From Squalus acanthias (lineage: Eukaryota): DNA of 64,000 nt. Position numbers and translations under genes: made by a program. The notes below the pieces were generated by a model, which was not told the origin of the DNA, did not search any database, and saw nothing but the letters and a program-made list of their open reading frames with translations. Each line of letters begins with the position of its first letter. Within the stretch, counting starts at the first letter, position 1. This document shows positions 35,359 to 48,650 of this stretch, in pieces. The DNA is taken from the NCBI GenBank assembly GCA_030390025.1, contig JASTWF010000259.1:310001-374000 (forward strand), given 5' to 3'.

Positions 35359-36024
35359 TTGAAATTGCACAAATCACAAGTTCTGTAATTGAAATCTTGA
35401 AGTTGCTATTTGTGATATTAGGTTGTGGACGCTTAATGGTGACGGTAATAACCGATGTTATTATAAAATAGTGGATATAAAATGTCACCTGAGCCCATTA
35501 AGCATTTTAGTAGCAGCTTGGCTAAAGTGACTTTATTCTGGTTTCAGAATCAGTAGATTGTGGAATTCACCTCATCTTCAGCACCTGAGCACCTTAACTA
35601 GGTGTCCAATCGGTGCAGCACTGAAAATGAACTACTTTTCCTGAACCAATAATCTCACCCCGCCCGCCGCACCTTGTCTGTTGAGGTGGACATTAAAGCT
35701 CCCAGGGCCCCACACTGTGTCCGGGTCAACATTCCTCCCTTCAACAAAGTTCAACAGAAATACATTAACAGGAATCGAGACACTTTGCTCTTTTGCTGAT
35801 CTTTCTGTGCGCGAATCGGCCACGTTCACCTGTAATTAGTTGCACTTTAAATCCTTTGGGAGTTACCGCAGAATGTGATGAGGTGGTACATCAATGCAAG
35901 GTGTTTCTTGATGCATTAGTATCAGAAACAGTAACTGACATCATCATTTCCCAATAGGAGCAATGGCAAACCTTGGTCACCAGGTGGCAGCGAAACTCGA
36001 TTGATTACCTTACACTGAACAGGT

Positions 36025-39000
36025 GCTGCCTCAGTTATTACTGCACTAGAAACTGCCTCAGTTAATACTGCAATAGACCCTGTCCCTATTTATATTACTC
36101 TGCCTCAGTTATTACTGCACTAGAATCTGCCTCAGTTAATACTGCAATAGACCCTGTCCCTATTTATATTACTCTGCCTCAGTTATTACTGCACTAGAAC
36201 CTGCCTCAGTTAATACTGCAATAGACCCTGTCCCTATTTATATGACTCTGCCTCAGTTATTACTGCACTAGAACCTGTCCCAATATATATTGCATTAGAC
36301 CCTGTCTCAGTTATTATTGCACCAGACCCTGTCTCAGTTATTATTGCACCAGACCCTGTCTCTGTTTATATTACACAAGACCCTGTCTCTGTTTATATTA
36401 CACTAGACCCTGTCTCAGTTTATATTACACAGGACCCTGTCTCAGTTATTACTGCACTAGGCCCTGTCTCTGTTTATATCACACGAGATCCTGTCTCTGT
36501 TTATATTACACTAGGCCCTGTCTCTGTTTATATTACACTAGACCCTGTCTCTGTTTATATTACAAGAAGGGTAGTAGGGATAAACCAGGGAATTACAGGC
36601 CAGTGAGCCTAACATCCGTGGGAGCGAAATTAGTGGAAAAAATTCTGAGGGACAGAATTAGTCTCCACTTGGAGAGGCAAGGATTAATCAAGGATAGTCA
36701 GCATGGCGTTGTCAGGGGGAGAACATGTCTAACCAATTTGATTGAATTTTTCGAGGGGGTGACTAGGTGTGTGGATGAGGGTAGTGCAGTTGATGTAGTC
36801 TACATGGACTTCAGTAAGGCTTTTGACAAAGTCCCAAATGAGAGACTGGTCAAGAAGGTAAGAGCCCATGGGATCCAGGGCAACTTGGCACATTGGATCC
36901 AAAATTGGCTTAGTGGCAGGAGGCAGAGGGTGATGGTCGAAGGTTGTTTTTGTGACTGGAAGCCTGTGTCCAGTGGTGTATCGCAGGGATCGGTGCTGGG
37001 TCCTTTGCTGTTTGTAGTGTACATTAATGATTTAGATATGAATGTAGGAGGTATGATCAGTAAGTTCGCAGATGACACGAAAATTGGTGGAGTGGTAAAT
37101 AGCGAGGAGGGAAGCCTCAGGCTACAGGACGATATAGACGGGATGGTTAGATGGGCAGAACAGTGGCAAATGGAATTTAACCCTGAAAAGTGTGAGGTGA
37201 TGCATTTTGGGAGGACTAACAAGGCAAGGGAATACACAATGAATGGTAGGACCCTAGGAAGGACAGAGGATCAGAGAGACCTTGGTGTGCATGTACATAG
37301 ATCCCTGAAGGCAGCAGGACAGGTAGATAAGGTGGTTAAACAGGCATATGGGATACTTGCCTTCATTAGCCGAGGCATAGAATATAAGAGCAGGGAGGTT
37401 ATGATCGAGCTCTACAAAACGCTAGTTAGGCCACAGCTGGAATACTTTGTGCAGTTCTGGTCGCCACACTATAGGAAGGATGTGATTGCATTGGAGAGGG
37501 TGCAGAGGAGATTCACCAGGATGTTACCTGGGCTGGAGCGCTTCAGCTATGAAGAGAGACTGGTCAGGCTTGGGTTGTTTTCCTTAGAGCAGAGAAGGCT
37601 GAGGGGGGACCTGATTGAGGTGTACAAAATTATGAGGGGCATAGATAGGGTAGATAGAAAGGAACTTTTCCCCTTAGTAGAGGGGTCAATAACCAGGGGG
37701 CATAGTTTCAGGGTAAGGGGCAGGAGGTTTAGAGGGGATTTGAGGAAAAACGTTTTCACCCAGAGGGTGGTTGGAATCTGGAACTCACTGCCTGAAAGGC
37801 TGGTAGAGGCAGGAACCCTCACAACATTCAAGAAGCATTTAGATGAGCACTTGAAACGCCATAGCATACAAGGCTACGGACCAAGTGCTGGAAAATGAGA
37901 TTAGAATAGACAGGGCTTGATGGGCGTCGCGGAAACGATGGGCCGAAGGGCCTCTTTCTGTGCTGTATAACTCTATGACACGACACTGGACCCTGTCTCT
38001 GTTTATATTACGCTAGACTCTGTCTCTGTTTATATTTACACTAGACCCTGTCCCTGTTTATATTGCACTAATCCCTGTCTCTGTTTATATTACATGAGAT
38101 CCTGTCTCTGTTTATAGTACACCAGATCCTGTCTCTGTTTATATTACACTAGACCCTGGCTCTGTTTATATTAGACTAGATCCTGTCTCTGTTTATATTC
38201 CACTCGACCCTGCATCAGTTATTACTGCACTATGCCCTGTCTCTGTTTACATTACACTAGAGCCTGTCTCTGTTTACATTATATTAGACCCTGTCTCTGT
38301 TCCTATTACACTAGACACTGTCTCTGTTTATATTACACTGGACCCTGTCTCTGTTTATATTACACTAGACCCTGTCTCTGTTTATATTACACTGGACCCT
38401 GTCTCTGTTTAGATTACACTGGACCATGTCTCAGTTTATGTTACACTGTACCCGGCATCAGTTATTACTGCACTAGACGCTGTCTCTTTTCATATTACAC
38501 AAGACCCTGTCTCTGTTTATATTACACTAGACCCTGTCTCTGTTTAGATTACACTAGACTCTGTCTCTGTTTAGATTACACTAGACTCTGTCTCTGTTTA
38601 CATTACGCTAGATCCTGTCTCTGTTTATATTACACTAGAGCCTGTTTCTGTTTATATTACACTGGACCCTGTCTCAGTTTATGTTACACCAGACCCGGCA
38701 TCAGTTATTACTGCACTAGACCCTGTCTCTGTTTATATTACACTAGACGCTGTCTCTGTTTATATTACACTTGTCCCTGTTGCTGTTTATATTACATTAG
38801 GCCCTGTCTCTGTTGATATTACACTAGATTCTGTCTCTGTTTATATTCCACTCGACCCTGCTTCAGTTATTACTGCACTATGCCCTGTCTCTGTTTATAT
38901 TACATTAGAGCCTGTCTCTGTTTACATTATACTCGACCCAGTCTCTGTTTATATTACACTAGACCCTGTCTCTGTTTATATTACACTAGACGCTGTCTCT

Positions 39001-39400
39001 GTTTATATTACACTAGACGCTGTTTCTGTTTATATTACACTAGACCCTGTCTCTGTTTATATTACACTAGACGTTGTCTCTGTTTATATTACACTGGACC
39101 CTGTCTCTGTTTATATTACACTAGACCCTGTCTCTGTTTATATTGCACTAGACGCTGTCTCTGTTTATATTACACTAGACCTTGTCTCTGTTTATATTAC
39201 ACTGGACCATGTCTCAGTGTATATTACACTGGACCATGTCTCACATATTACTGCACCAGCTCCTGTCTCTGTTTATATTCCACTCGACCCTGCATCAGTT
39301 ATTACTGCACTAGACCCTCTCTCTGTTTATATTACACTAGACCCTGTCTCTGTTTATATTACAGTAGATCATGTCTCAGTTATTACTGCACTCGTCCAAC
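36025..39400 (+). repeat. 27-bp minisatellite (tagaccctgtctctgtttatattacac)n interrupted by a CR1
   Basis: Tandem units at 36025-36563 and 37980-39400; source of the YYTRPCLCL ORFs. Confidence 0.95.
36564..37979 (+). mobile_element. 5'-truncated young CR1 LINE with an uninterrupted RT/C-terminal ORF2 (36603-37898)
   Basis: NYRPVSLTS, DFSKAFDKV, QGSVLGPLLF, FADD and LEQRRLRGDLIEVYK in one 431-aa frame. Confidence 0.97.
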
Positions 39401-39479
39401 TCTCTATTTGGGGCAAACTCTGTGTTAAAGTTTACTAATTCACACTTGTATTGTTCTGTGCCAATTGATCGCAGTTTTT

Positions 39480-40085
39480 AATGTTAAGGATTGTTTTTCC
39501 TGCAGTATTTTCTATTGAGCTTCCACGTCACCCACTGATTGTGCGACAGAGCCTGGAACCGTGACCTCACAGCACCGCCGGATGGGCGGCCGCCGGGTCC
39601 TAATGTTCACCCATTCATTAACGCACATATGGTTAAGAGGAATAACTGAAAAGAGCGGAGAGAATGTGTTTGTTTTATATATGTGTGTGTGTGTGTGATT
39701 GCATTAATTTTTGCAAGTTCATTCTACAAAGATAAATGATTATCTTCAGCAGTTATTTTTCTGCATTTTATTTTCTTTTATTTAAAATGAAATTGCAGAT
39801 GCTTTAATATCTTTAACATTTATTGATAACCCATTCTCTGAGTGCTCTTGGTTATAAAGTGATGTCACAATGACCAGTCCGTTACCAAGGCGAGCCTGTC
39901 TGTCCGCAGTATTCAGTTGGGAAGGGAAGTAAATCAGAGCGAGGATAATGAGCAGCTCCCCACCAGACTCTGCGCTTTATTGTCAAGTGATCACCTCAGC
40001 ATCACACAGAATCTCCTGATATACACCTCGAGTGTGTGATGATTGTCGTAAGAAATGGAAAACATTAAAATCTACATTTACCTGA
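39480..40085. repeat. segmental duplication block A, copy 1 (paralogue ~51330-51950)
   Basis: Colinear shared sequence, e.g. gacagagcctggaaccgtgacctcacagcacc and agcctgtctgtccgcagtattcagttgggaaggg. Confidence 0.92.
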
Positions 40086-43000
40086 TATCGCTCTACACTG
40101 TCCCATCAAACACACCCCGGGCAGGTACAGCACGGGTTAGATACTGAATAAATCTCCCTCTATACTGGCTCATCAAACACTCCCAGGGCAGGTACAGCAC
40201 GGTTTCGATACAGAGGAAAGCTACCTCTATCTTGCCCCATAAAACCCTCCCAGGGCAGGTACAGTACAGGTTAGATACAGAGTAAAGCACCCTCGACTCT
40301 AGCTCATCAAACACTCCCAGGGCAAGTGATGCCGTGTTAGGTACAAAGTAAATCTGCCTCTGCACTGTCCCATCAAACAATCCCAGGGCCGGTATAGCAC
40401 AGGTAAGATAACGAGCATAGCTCCCTCTACAATCACTCCCAGGACAGGTACAGCACGGGTTAGATACAGAGTAAAGCTCCCTCTACACTGTCCCATCAAT
40501 CACTCCCAGGACAGGTACAGCACACGTTAGAAACAGAGTAAAGCTCCCTCTACACTGTCCCATCAAACACTCCCAGGGCAGGTACAGCACGGGTTAGATA
40601 CAGAGTAAAGCTCCCTCTACACTGTCCCATCAAACACTCCCAGGGCAGGTACAGCACGGGTTAGATACAGAGTAAAGTTCCCTCTACACTGTCCCATCAA
40701 ACACTCCCAGGGCAGGAACAGCACGGGTTAGATACAGTGTAAAGCTCCTTCTACACTGACCCATCAAACACACCCAGAGCAGGTACAGTACGAGTTAAAT
40801 ACAGAATAAAGCTCCCTCTACAATGTCCCATCAAACACACCCAGAGCAGGTACAGTATGAGTTAGATACAGAATAAAACTCGCTCTACACTGTCCCATCA
40901 CTCACACCCAGGGCAGGTACTGTACGAGTTAGATACAGAATAAAACTCCCTCTACACTCTCCCCTCAAACACTCACAGGGCAGGTACAGCACGGGTTAGT
41001 TACAGAGTAAAGCTCCTTCTACCATGTCCCATCAAACACTCCCAGTTCAAGTACAGTACAGGTTAGATACAGATTAATGCTCCCTCTTCACTCTCCCATC
41101 AATACACCCAGGACAGGTACAGCACAGGTTACATGTAAGGAAAGCTCCCTCTACACTGTCCCATCAAACACTCACAGAGCTGGTACAGTTCGGGTTAGAT
41201 ACTGAATAAAACTCCCTCTACACTGGCTCATCAATCACTCCCAGGGAAGGTACAGTACAGTTTAGATACAGAGTAAAGCTCCCTCTGCACTGTCCCATCA
41301 ATCACACCCAGGGCAGGTGCAGCAGGGGTTAGATACAGAGTAAAGTTCCCTCTACCCTGCACCATAAACCCTCCCAGGGCAGGTACAGTACAGGTTAGAT
41401 ACAAAATAAAGCTCCCTCTACACTGTCCCAACAAACACTCCCAGGACAGGCACAGCACTGTTTAGATACAGAGTAAAGCTCCCTCTACCCCGTCCCATCA
41501 AACACTGCCAGGGCAGGGACAGCCGGGTAAGAATCAGTGTAAAGCTCGCGCTACACTGTCCCATCAAACACTCCCAGGGTGGGTACAGTACGGGTTAGAA
41601 ATGGGGTAAAGCTCCCTCTACACTGTCCCATCAAACACTCCCAGGGCAGGTACAGCACGGGTTAGATACAGATTAAACCTCCCTCTACACTGTCCCATCA
41701 AACACTCCCAGGGCAGGTACAGCACGGGTTAGATACAGATTAAACCTCCCTCTACACTGTCCCATCAAACACTCCCGGAGCTGGTGCAGGCCGGTTTAGA
41801 TACAAAGTAAATCTCCCGCTATACTGTCCTATCAAAATTATCTAGGCAGGTGCAGCACGAGTTAGATACATATAAAGCTCCCTCTACACTGTCGCATAAA
41901 ACGCTCCCAGAGCAGGTGCAGCACGGGCTAGATACAGAGTAAACCTACATTTACACTGTCCCATCAAATACGAGTCCAACACCGGCATCTCCGCATCATG
42001 ACCATCAAATACTCCCAGGGCTGGCACAGCACGGGTTAGATACAGAGTAAAGCTCCCTCCACACTGACCCACCAAACATTCCCAGGGCAGATACAGTGCT
42101 GTACATGCCTGGGAGTGTTTGATGGGACAGTGTACAGGGAGTTTCTTTCTGTCTAATCCGTGCTGTACCTGCCCTCTGAGTGTTTGATGGGAGAGTGCAG
42201 AGGGAGCTTTTCTTTAAATCTAACCCTTGCTGTAGCTGTGCTGGGACTGTTTGTTGGGACATTGTAGAGGGAACTTTACTCTGTATCTAACCTGTGCTAT
42301 ACCTGCCCTGGCTGTGTTTGATCGGACAGTGTAGACGGAGCTTTACCTTATTTCTAACCATTACTGTGCCTGCCCTGGGAGTGTTTGATGCGACAGTGTT
42401 TAGGGATATTTACGGTGTATCTAACCCGTATTTTACCTGCACTAGAAATGTTTGATAGGAAAGTGTAGATGGAGCTATGTTCTATATCTAACCTGGGCTG
42501 TACTAGCTCTGGGAGTATTTGATGGGAGAGTGTAGAGGGAGCATTACTCTGTATGTAACACGTGCTGTACCTACACTATCCCGTCAAACATTCCCAGGGT
42601 AGGCACAGTACGGGTCAGATATAGGGTAAAGCTCCTTCTACACTGTCCCATCAAATACTGCCAGGGCAGGTACAGCACCTGTTTGATACGGAGCAAAGCT
42701 CCCTCATCACTCTCCCATCAAACACTCCCAGAGCTGGTACAGCACGGGTTAGATACAAAGTAAAACTCCCTCTACACTATCCCTTCAAACACTCCCGGGG
42801 CAGGTAAAAGACGAGTTAGATACACAGCAAAGCTCCCTCTACACTGTACCGACAAACATTCCCAGGGCAGGCACAGCACTGGTTAGAGATATGGTAAAGT
42901 TCCCGCTACACTGTCCCATCAAACACTCCCAGGGCAGGTACAGCACGGGTTCGTAACAGAATAAAACTCCTTATTCACTCTCCCATCAAACACTCCCAGG

Positions 43001-43189
43001 GCAGCTACAGCACGGGTAGATACAGACTAAAGCTCCCTCCATACTGTCCCATCAAACACTCCCAGGGCAGGTTCAGCACACGTTAGATACAGAGTAAATC
43101 TCCCTCTACACTATCCAATCAAACACTACCAGGCATTTTACAGTACGGGTTAGATACAGATTTACTCTCTATCTAACGTGTGCTGTACT

Positions 43190-44455
43190 TACATAAGAAC
43201 ATAACAACTTTAGAAATAGGAGCAGGAATAGGTCACTTGGCCCCTCGAGCCTGCTCCGCCATTCAATAAGATCATGGCTGATCTTGGGCTCAAAGCCACT
43301 TCCCCGCCCGCTACCCGTAACCCTTCACTCCCTTATCTTGCAAAAAATTGTCTATCTCCACCGTAAATGTATTTAATGACCCAGCCTCCATAGCCCTCTG
43401 CGGCAGAGAATTCCACAAATTTACGACCCTCTGAGAGAAGAAGTTCCTCCTCATCTCAGTTCTAAAAGGGCGACCCTTTATTCTGAATCTATGCCCCCGA
43501 GTTCGAGGAACTTGTCATCTTTTAGTCCCATTATTTTACCAAGTACTTTTTCCTTAGTGATAGTGATTGTCTTTAGTTCCCCCCTCCCTGTAGCCCCTTG
43601 ATTATCCATTATTGGGATGTTGTTAGTGTCTTCTACCGTGAAGATAGATACAAAATATTTGTTCAGAGTCTCTGCCATTTCCCTGTTCCCCATTATTAAT
43701 TCCCCAGTCTCATCCTCTAAGGGACCAAAGTTTACTTTAGCTACCCTCTTCCTCTTTATATACCTGTAGAAGCTGTGACTATCTGTTCTAATGTTTCTTG
43801 CCAGTTTACTCTCATAATTCATCTTCTCTCTCTTTATTATTTTTTTAGTCATCAATTGCAGGTTTTAAAAAATGGCCCAATCCTCTGGTCTCCCACCAAT
43901 CTTGGCAACATTGTATGCCTTCGTTTTCAATTTGATACCATCCTTTACTTCCTTCATTAGCAACGGATGGTGCTCCCTTCTCTTAAAATCTTTCTTTCTC
44001 ACTGGAATATATTTTTGTTGAGAGTTATGAAATATCTCCTTAAATGTCCGCCACTGCATTTCAACGTCTTACACTTTAATTTATTTGTCCAGTCCAGTTT
44101 AGCCAGTTCTGCCCTCATGCCATTATAATTGTCTTTGTTTAAGATCAGGACACTGGTTTGAGATACAACTTTCTCACCCTCCAACTGGATTTGAAATTGA
44201 ACCATGCTATCATCACTCTTTCCTAGAGGATCCTTCACTATGAGATCATTTATTAATTCTGTCTCATTACACAGTACCAGATCCAAGATAGCCTGCTCCC
44301 TGGTTCGTTCCATTACATACTGTTCTAGGAAACCATCCCGGATGCACTCTATGAACTCCTCCTCAAGGCTACCATGGCCAATTTGATTTGTCCAATCAAT
44401 ATGGAGATTAAAATCACCCATGATTATTACCGTACCTTTTTTACAGGCCTCCATT
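43190..44455 (-). mobile_element. internally deleted CR1 LINE (3' end fused to the endonuclease region)
   Basis: IIMGDFN...EQAILDLVLCN...LGKSD (APE domain) joined at ~43505 to the 3' terminus. Confidence 0.88.
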
Positions 44456-46352
44456 ATATGCCCAGGGAGTGTTGATGGGACAGTGTACAGTCACCTTTAC
44501 TCTCCATGTATTCCGTGCTGTACCTGCCCTGGGAGTGTTTGATGGGACAGTGCAGAGGGAGCTTTACTCTGTATTTAACCCGTGCTGTACCTGCCCTGGG
44601 AGTGTTTGATGGGACAGAGTAGAGGGAGCTTTACTCTGTATCTAACCCGTGCTACAGCTGCTCAGGAAATGTTTGGTGGGACAGTATAGAGCGAGCTTTA
44701 CTCTGTATCTAACCCGTGCTGTACCTGCCCCGGGAGCGTTTGATGGGATAGCGTACAGGGAGCTTTACCTTATTTCTAACCCGTACTGTGCCTGCCCTGG
44801 GAATGTTTGTCGGGACAGTGTAGAGCGAGATTTACTCTGTATCTAACCCGGCTGTACCTGCCCTGGGAGTGTTTGATGGGACAGTGTACCGGGAGCTTTA
44901 CTCCATTTCTAACCCATACTGTGCCGACGCTGGGAATGTTTGACGGAACAATGTAGGTACAGCACAGGTTAGATACAGAGTAAAGCTCCCTCTACACTGT
45001 CCAATCAAACACTCCCAGGGCTGGTACAGCATGGGTTATATACAGAGTGAAGCTCCCTCTGCACTGTCCCATCAAACACTCCCAGGGCAGGTACAGCACG
45101 GGTTAGATACAAAGTAAAGCTCCCTCTACACTGTCCCATCAAACACTCCAAGGGCAGGTACAGCATGGGTTAGATACAGAGTAAAGCTCCCTCTACACTG
45201 TCCCATTAAACACTACCAAGGTAGGTACAACATCAGTTAAATACTGAGTAAAGCTCCCACTACACTGTCCCATCAAAAATTCTCAGTGCAGGTACAGCAC
45301 GGGCTAGATCCAGCGTAAAGCTCCCTACACGCTGTCCCATCAAATACTCCAGGACAGGTACAGCACGGGTTAGATACAGAGTTAAGCTCCCTCTACACTG
45401 TCCCATCAAACACTCCCAGGGCAGGTACAGCACGGATTAGATACAGAGTCAAGCTCCCTCTACACTGTCCCATCAAACACTCCCAGGGCAGGTACAGCAC
45501 GGGTTATAAACAGAATAAAACTCTCTCTACACTCGCCCATAAAACTCTCCCAGGTCAGGTTCAGCACGGGTTAGATACAGAATAAATCTCCCTCTACACT
45601 GTCCCATCAATAACTCCCAGATCTGGTACAGCATGATTTGATACAGAATAAAGCTCCATCTAAACTGTCCCATTAAACACTTCTAGGGCAGATACAGCAC
45701 GGGTTAGATACAGAGTAAAGCTCCTTCTACACTGTCCCATCAAACACTCCCAGGGCAGGTACAGCACGGGTTAGATGCAGAGTAAAGCTCCCTCTGCACT
45801 GTCCCATCAAACACTCCCAGAGCTGGTACAGCACGGTTTTGATACAGAGTAAAGCTCCAGCTAAACTGTCCCATCAAACACTTCCAGGGCAGGTGCAGCG
45901 CGGGTCAGATACAGAGTAAAGCACCCCTACACTGCCGCATCAAACAGTCCCAGGGTAGTTGCAGCACGGGTTAGATACAGGGTAAAGCTCCCTGCATACT
46001 GTCCCATCAAACACTCCCAAGGCTGGTTCAGCACGCGTTAGATTCAGAAGAAATCTTCCTCTACACTGCCCCATCAAACACTGCCGAGGGCATGTACAGC
46101 ACGGGTTAGATACTGAGTAAATCTCCGCTACACTGTCCCATCAAACACAGCCAGGACAGGTACAGCACGGGTTAGATACTGAGTAAAGCTCCCTCTGCAC
46201 TGTCCCATCAAAGACTCCCAGGACAGGTACAGAGCGTGTTAGATACAGAGTAAAGCTCCCTTTCCACTGTCCCATCAAACGTTCCTAGGGCAGGTATAGC
46301 ACGGGTAAGATACAGAGTAAAGCTCCCTCTACTCTGTCCCATCAAATACTGG

Positions 46353-46586
46353 TCATGATGCGGAGATGCCGGTGTTGGACTGGGGTGGACAAAATTGAGA
46401 GGTCGCACAACACCAGGTTATAGTCCAACAGTTTTATTTGAAATCACAAGCTTTCGGAGCTATCGATCGCCCCTTCCTCGCCTACTTCACCTGAGGAAGG
46501 GGCGATCGATAGCTCCGAAAGCTTGTGATTTCAAATAAAACTGTTGGACTATAACCTGGTGTTGTGCGACCTCTCAATTTTGTCCA
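46353..46586. mobile_element. head-to-head Penelope pLTR ends forming a 94-bp perfect inverted repeat
   Basis: 46386-46479 is the reverse complement of 46493-46586 with a 13-nt loop; hammerhead motif starts at 46487. Confidence 0.88.
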
Positions 46587-46734
46587 TCAAATACTCCCAG
46601 GGAAGGCACAGAACGGGTTAGATACAGAGTAAAGCTCCCTTTCCACTGTCTCATCAAACGTTCATCGGGCAGGTATAGCACGGGTTAGATACAGAGTAAT
46701 GCACCCTCTACACTGTCCCATCAAACACTCCCAG

Positions 46735-47860
46735 CTCATTTCATGCACAGGTCACATTTTAGATTAAATCTCCCTCTGCGCACCATAATCAATTTGGTTC
46801 GAGGTCTGTAAATAGGGCTGAGGGATGACTTTTGTGAGACATTGACATCTTGTTTTGGGGTAAAGACAATGATCCATTCTTGAGAGGCAAGACAGAAGGT
46901 GGAAATAGGAGAGAGAGGCAGAGAGGGAGATGATACAGGAAATCTCCACACACACATTTGTGATGTCACTATGTACGGTGACTTGTGGGAATCTTTCCCC
47001 ATTCTGAACATGGATATCATCTTTACTTTATTCTCCTATAACTTAGAGAAATGTCTCAAAAATCAATTGTTGCTGGAATCCGTTGAGACATTTGCATTTC
47101 TCTCTTTATTTCTGTTCTGTGTTGATGGGGAAATATTTATTGTGTTTCTGTCGCTCAATACTCGAATCTGATACTTCTATTTCTGTGTTTATTTACATAA
47201 ACGCCTCACTGGTTTCCATGAAGTGTTCATGGCAGCAAAACCAGATCAAACAAAGTCAACTTAATGATTCGTTTCAACTCACAACAAGGGTTTATTTTAA
47301 GAATATTGACAGTTGGAACAAAATGAATAGAAATATCTCGAACAGTGACGTTAGCTTCAGTTTTGTTCAATTACAACAGATGTGATTTATAACAAAGGAA
47401 AAAATATTAAAATTAATAATTCAGTTCTGAAAGTTCTGCTGCTGAAATCAATGGGACATCTGTGAACAGGCTGGTGTTCCACTGGATGTCCATTTAGTGG
47501 AAGCTTCAACCCATTGAAACTAAACAAGTTAAAACAGTGAGCAGAGGAGTGTCCTACAATCGCAGTAATGTCTGAGCTTTTAACATATCGCCACTTGGAT
47601 TTAAAAATGTTGTCATTTAGAAAGAACTTGCATTTATATAGCGCCTTTCACTGCCTCAGGACGTTCCAAAGAGCTTTACAGACAATGAGAACTTTGGAAA
47701 TATAGTCACTGTTGTAAAGTAGGAAATGCTGCAGCCAATTTGCGCACAGCAAGATCCCACACACAGCAAGGAGATATTGACCAAAATATCTGTGTTTAGT
47801 GATTTTGGTTGAGGGATAAATATTAACCAGGACACCAGGGCGAACTCCCCTGCTCTTCTT
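46735..47860. repeat. segmental duplication block B, copy 1 (paralogue ~60210-61240)
   Basis: Near-identical colinear sequence, including a shared minus-strand DeuSINE 3' end. Confidence 0.95.
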
Positions 47861-48650
47861 TAAAATAGTGCCACAGGATCTTTTATATTCACTTGATAAA
47901 GCAGACCGAGCCTCGGTTTAACGTCTCATCTGAAAGGTGGCTCCTCCGACAGTGCAGCACTCCCTCAGCACTGCACTGGGAGTGTCGGCCTAGATTATGG
48001 GCGGACTTAGAGACACATGACAACGGAAAATCATCGAGCAGAAACTGATAGCCAAGTTCCGCACTCATGAGGACGGCCTCAACCGGGATCTTGGGTTTAT
48101 GTCACGATACATGACGTAGAGTCATCCAGACTCGAGTCGTCGTTGGCTTGTTCACAGATGTGATTCCCAGTAAAAAAGTAAAAATTTTAAAGTTTATCGT
48201 TTTCCATACCGACTGCAGCTTTTGACACATTAGACCCCCTGTAACCCCACCTCATTGTCTCAGTTGTATCTTGCTATGTCTTTGATGTGGTGCCTTCCTG
48301 GCTGACCTGATTGTTTATCTGCCGAGGTGTGACAAAAGGCAGTCAGGAGGATTAAATGTAGTCGTCTGCCATTGTAAGTTACACATGCATTGTTCTCTAT
48401 CTATATATGCTTTGTCGATTTTGTATTCCTTTACTTCACCTGACGAAGGAGCAGCCGCTCCGAAAGCTTGTGATTTCAAATAAAACTGTTGGACTATAAC
48501 CTGGTGTTGTGCGACTTCTCACTTTTGTCCACCCCAGTCCAACACCGGCATCTCCGCATCATAGATTATGGGCTCAGGCCTCTGGTGTGGGCTTGAACCT
48601 ATGACCTTCAGACTCAGAGGCGAGAGTGATCCCACTGAGCCGAGGCTGTT
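47620..48650 (-). mobile_element. DeuSINE-family SINE split by a Penelope insertion
   Basis: Tail at 47620, core to 48002 and head at 48562-48650. Confidence 0.8.
48003..48561 (+). mobile_element. 5'-truncated Penelope-like element with a 12-bp target-site duplication
   Basis: Homologous to ~585-690 and ~910-1035; TSD tagattatgggc at 47991-48002 and 48562-48573; hammerhead motif at 48436-48473. Confidence 0.88.

Larger units (their letters stand above)
40092..46735. repeat. 67-bp satellite array with internal inversions and nested elements
   Basis: Plus orientation except ~42095-42575 and ~43160-44955 (the latter split by a CR1). Confidence 0.95.

Noticed and set aside
46736-47385. ORFs conserved between the two copies of block B
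   Set aside because: Similarity is explained by recent DNA duplication; stop positions differ between copies and no domain is recognisable
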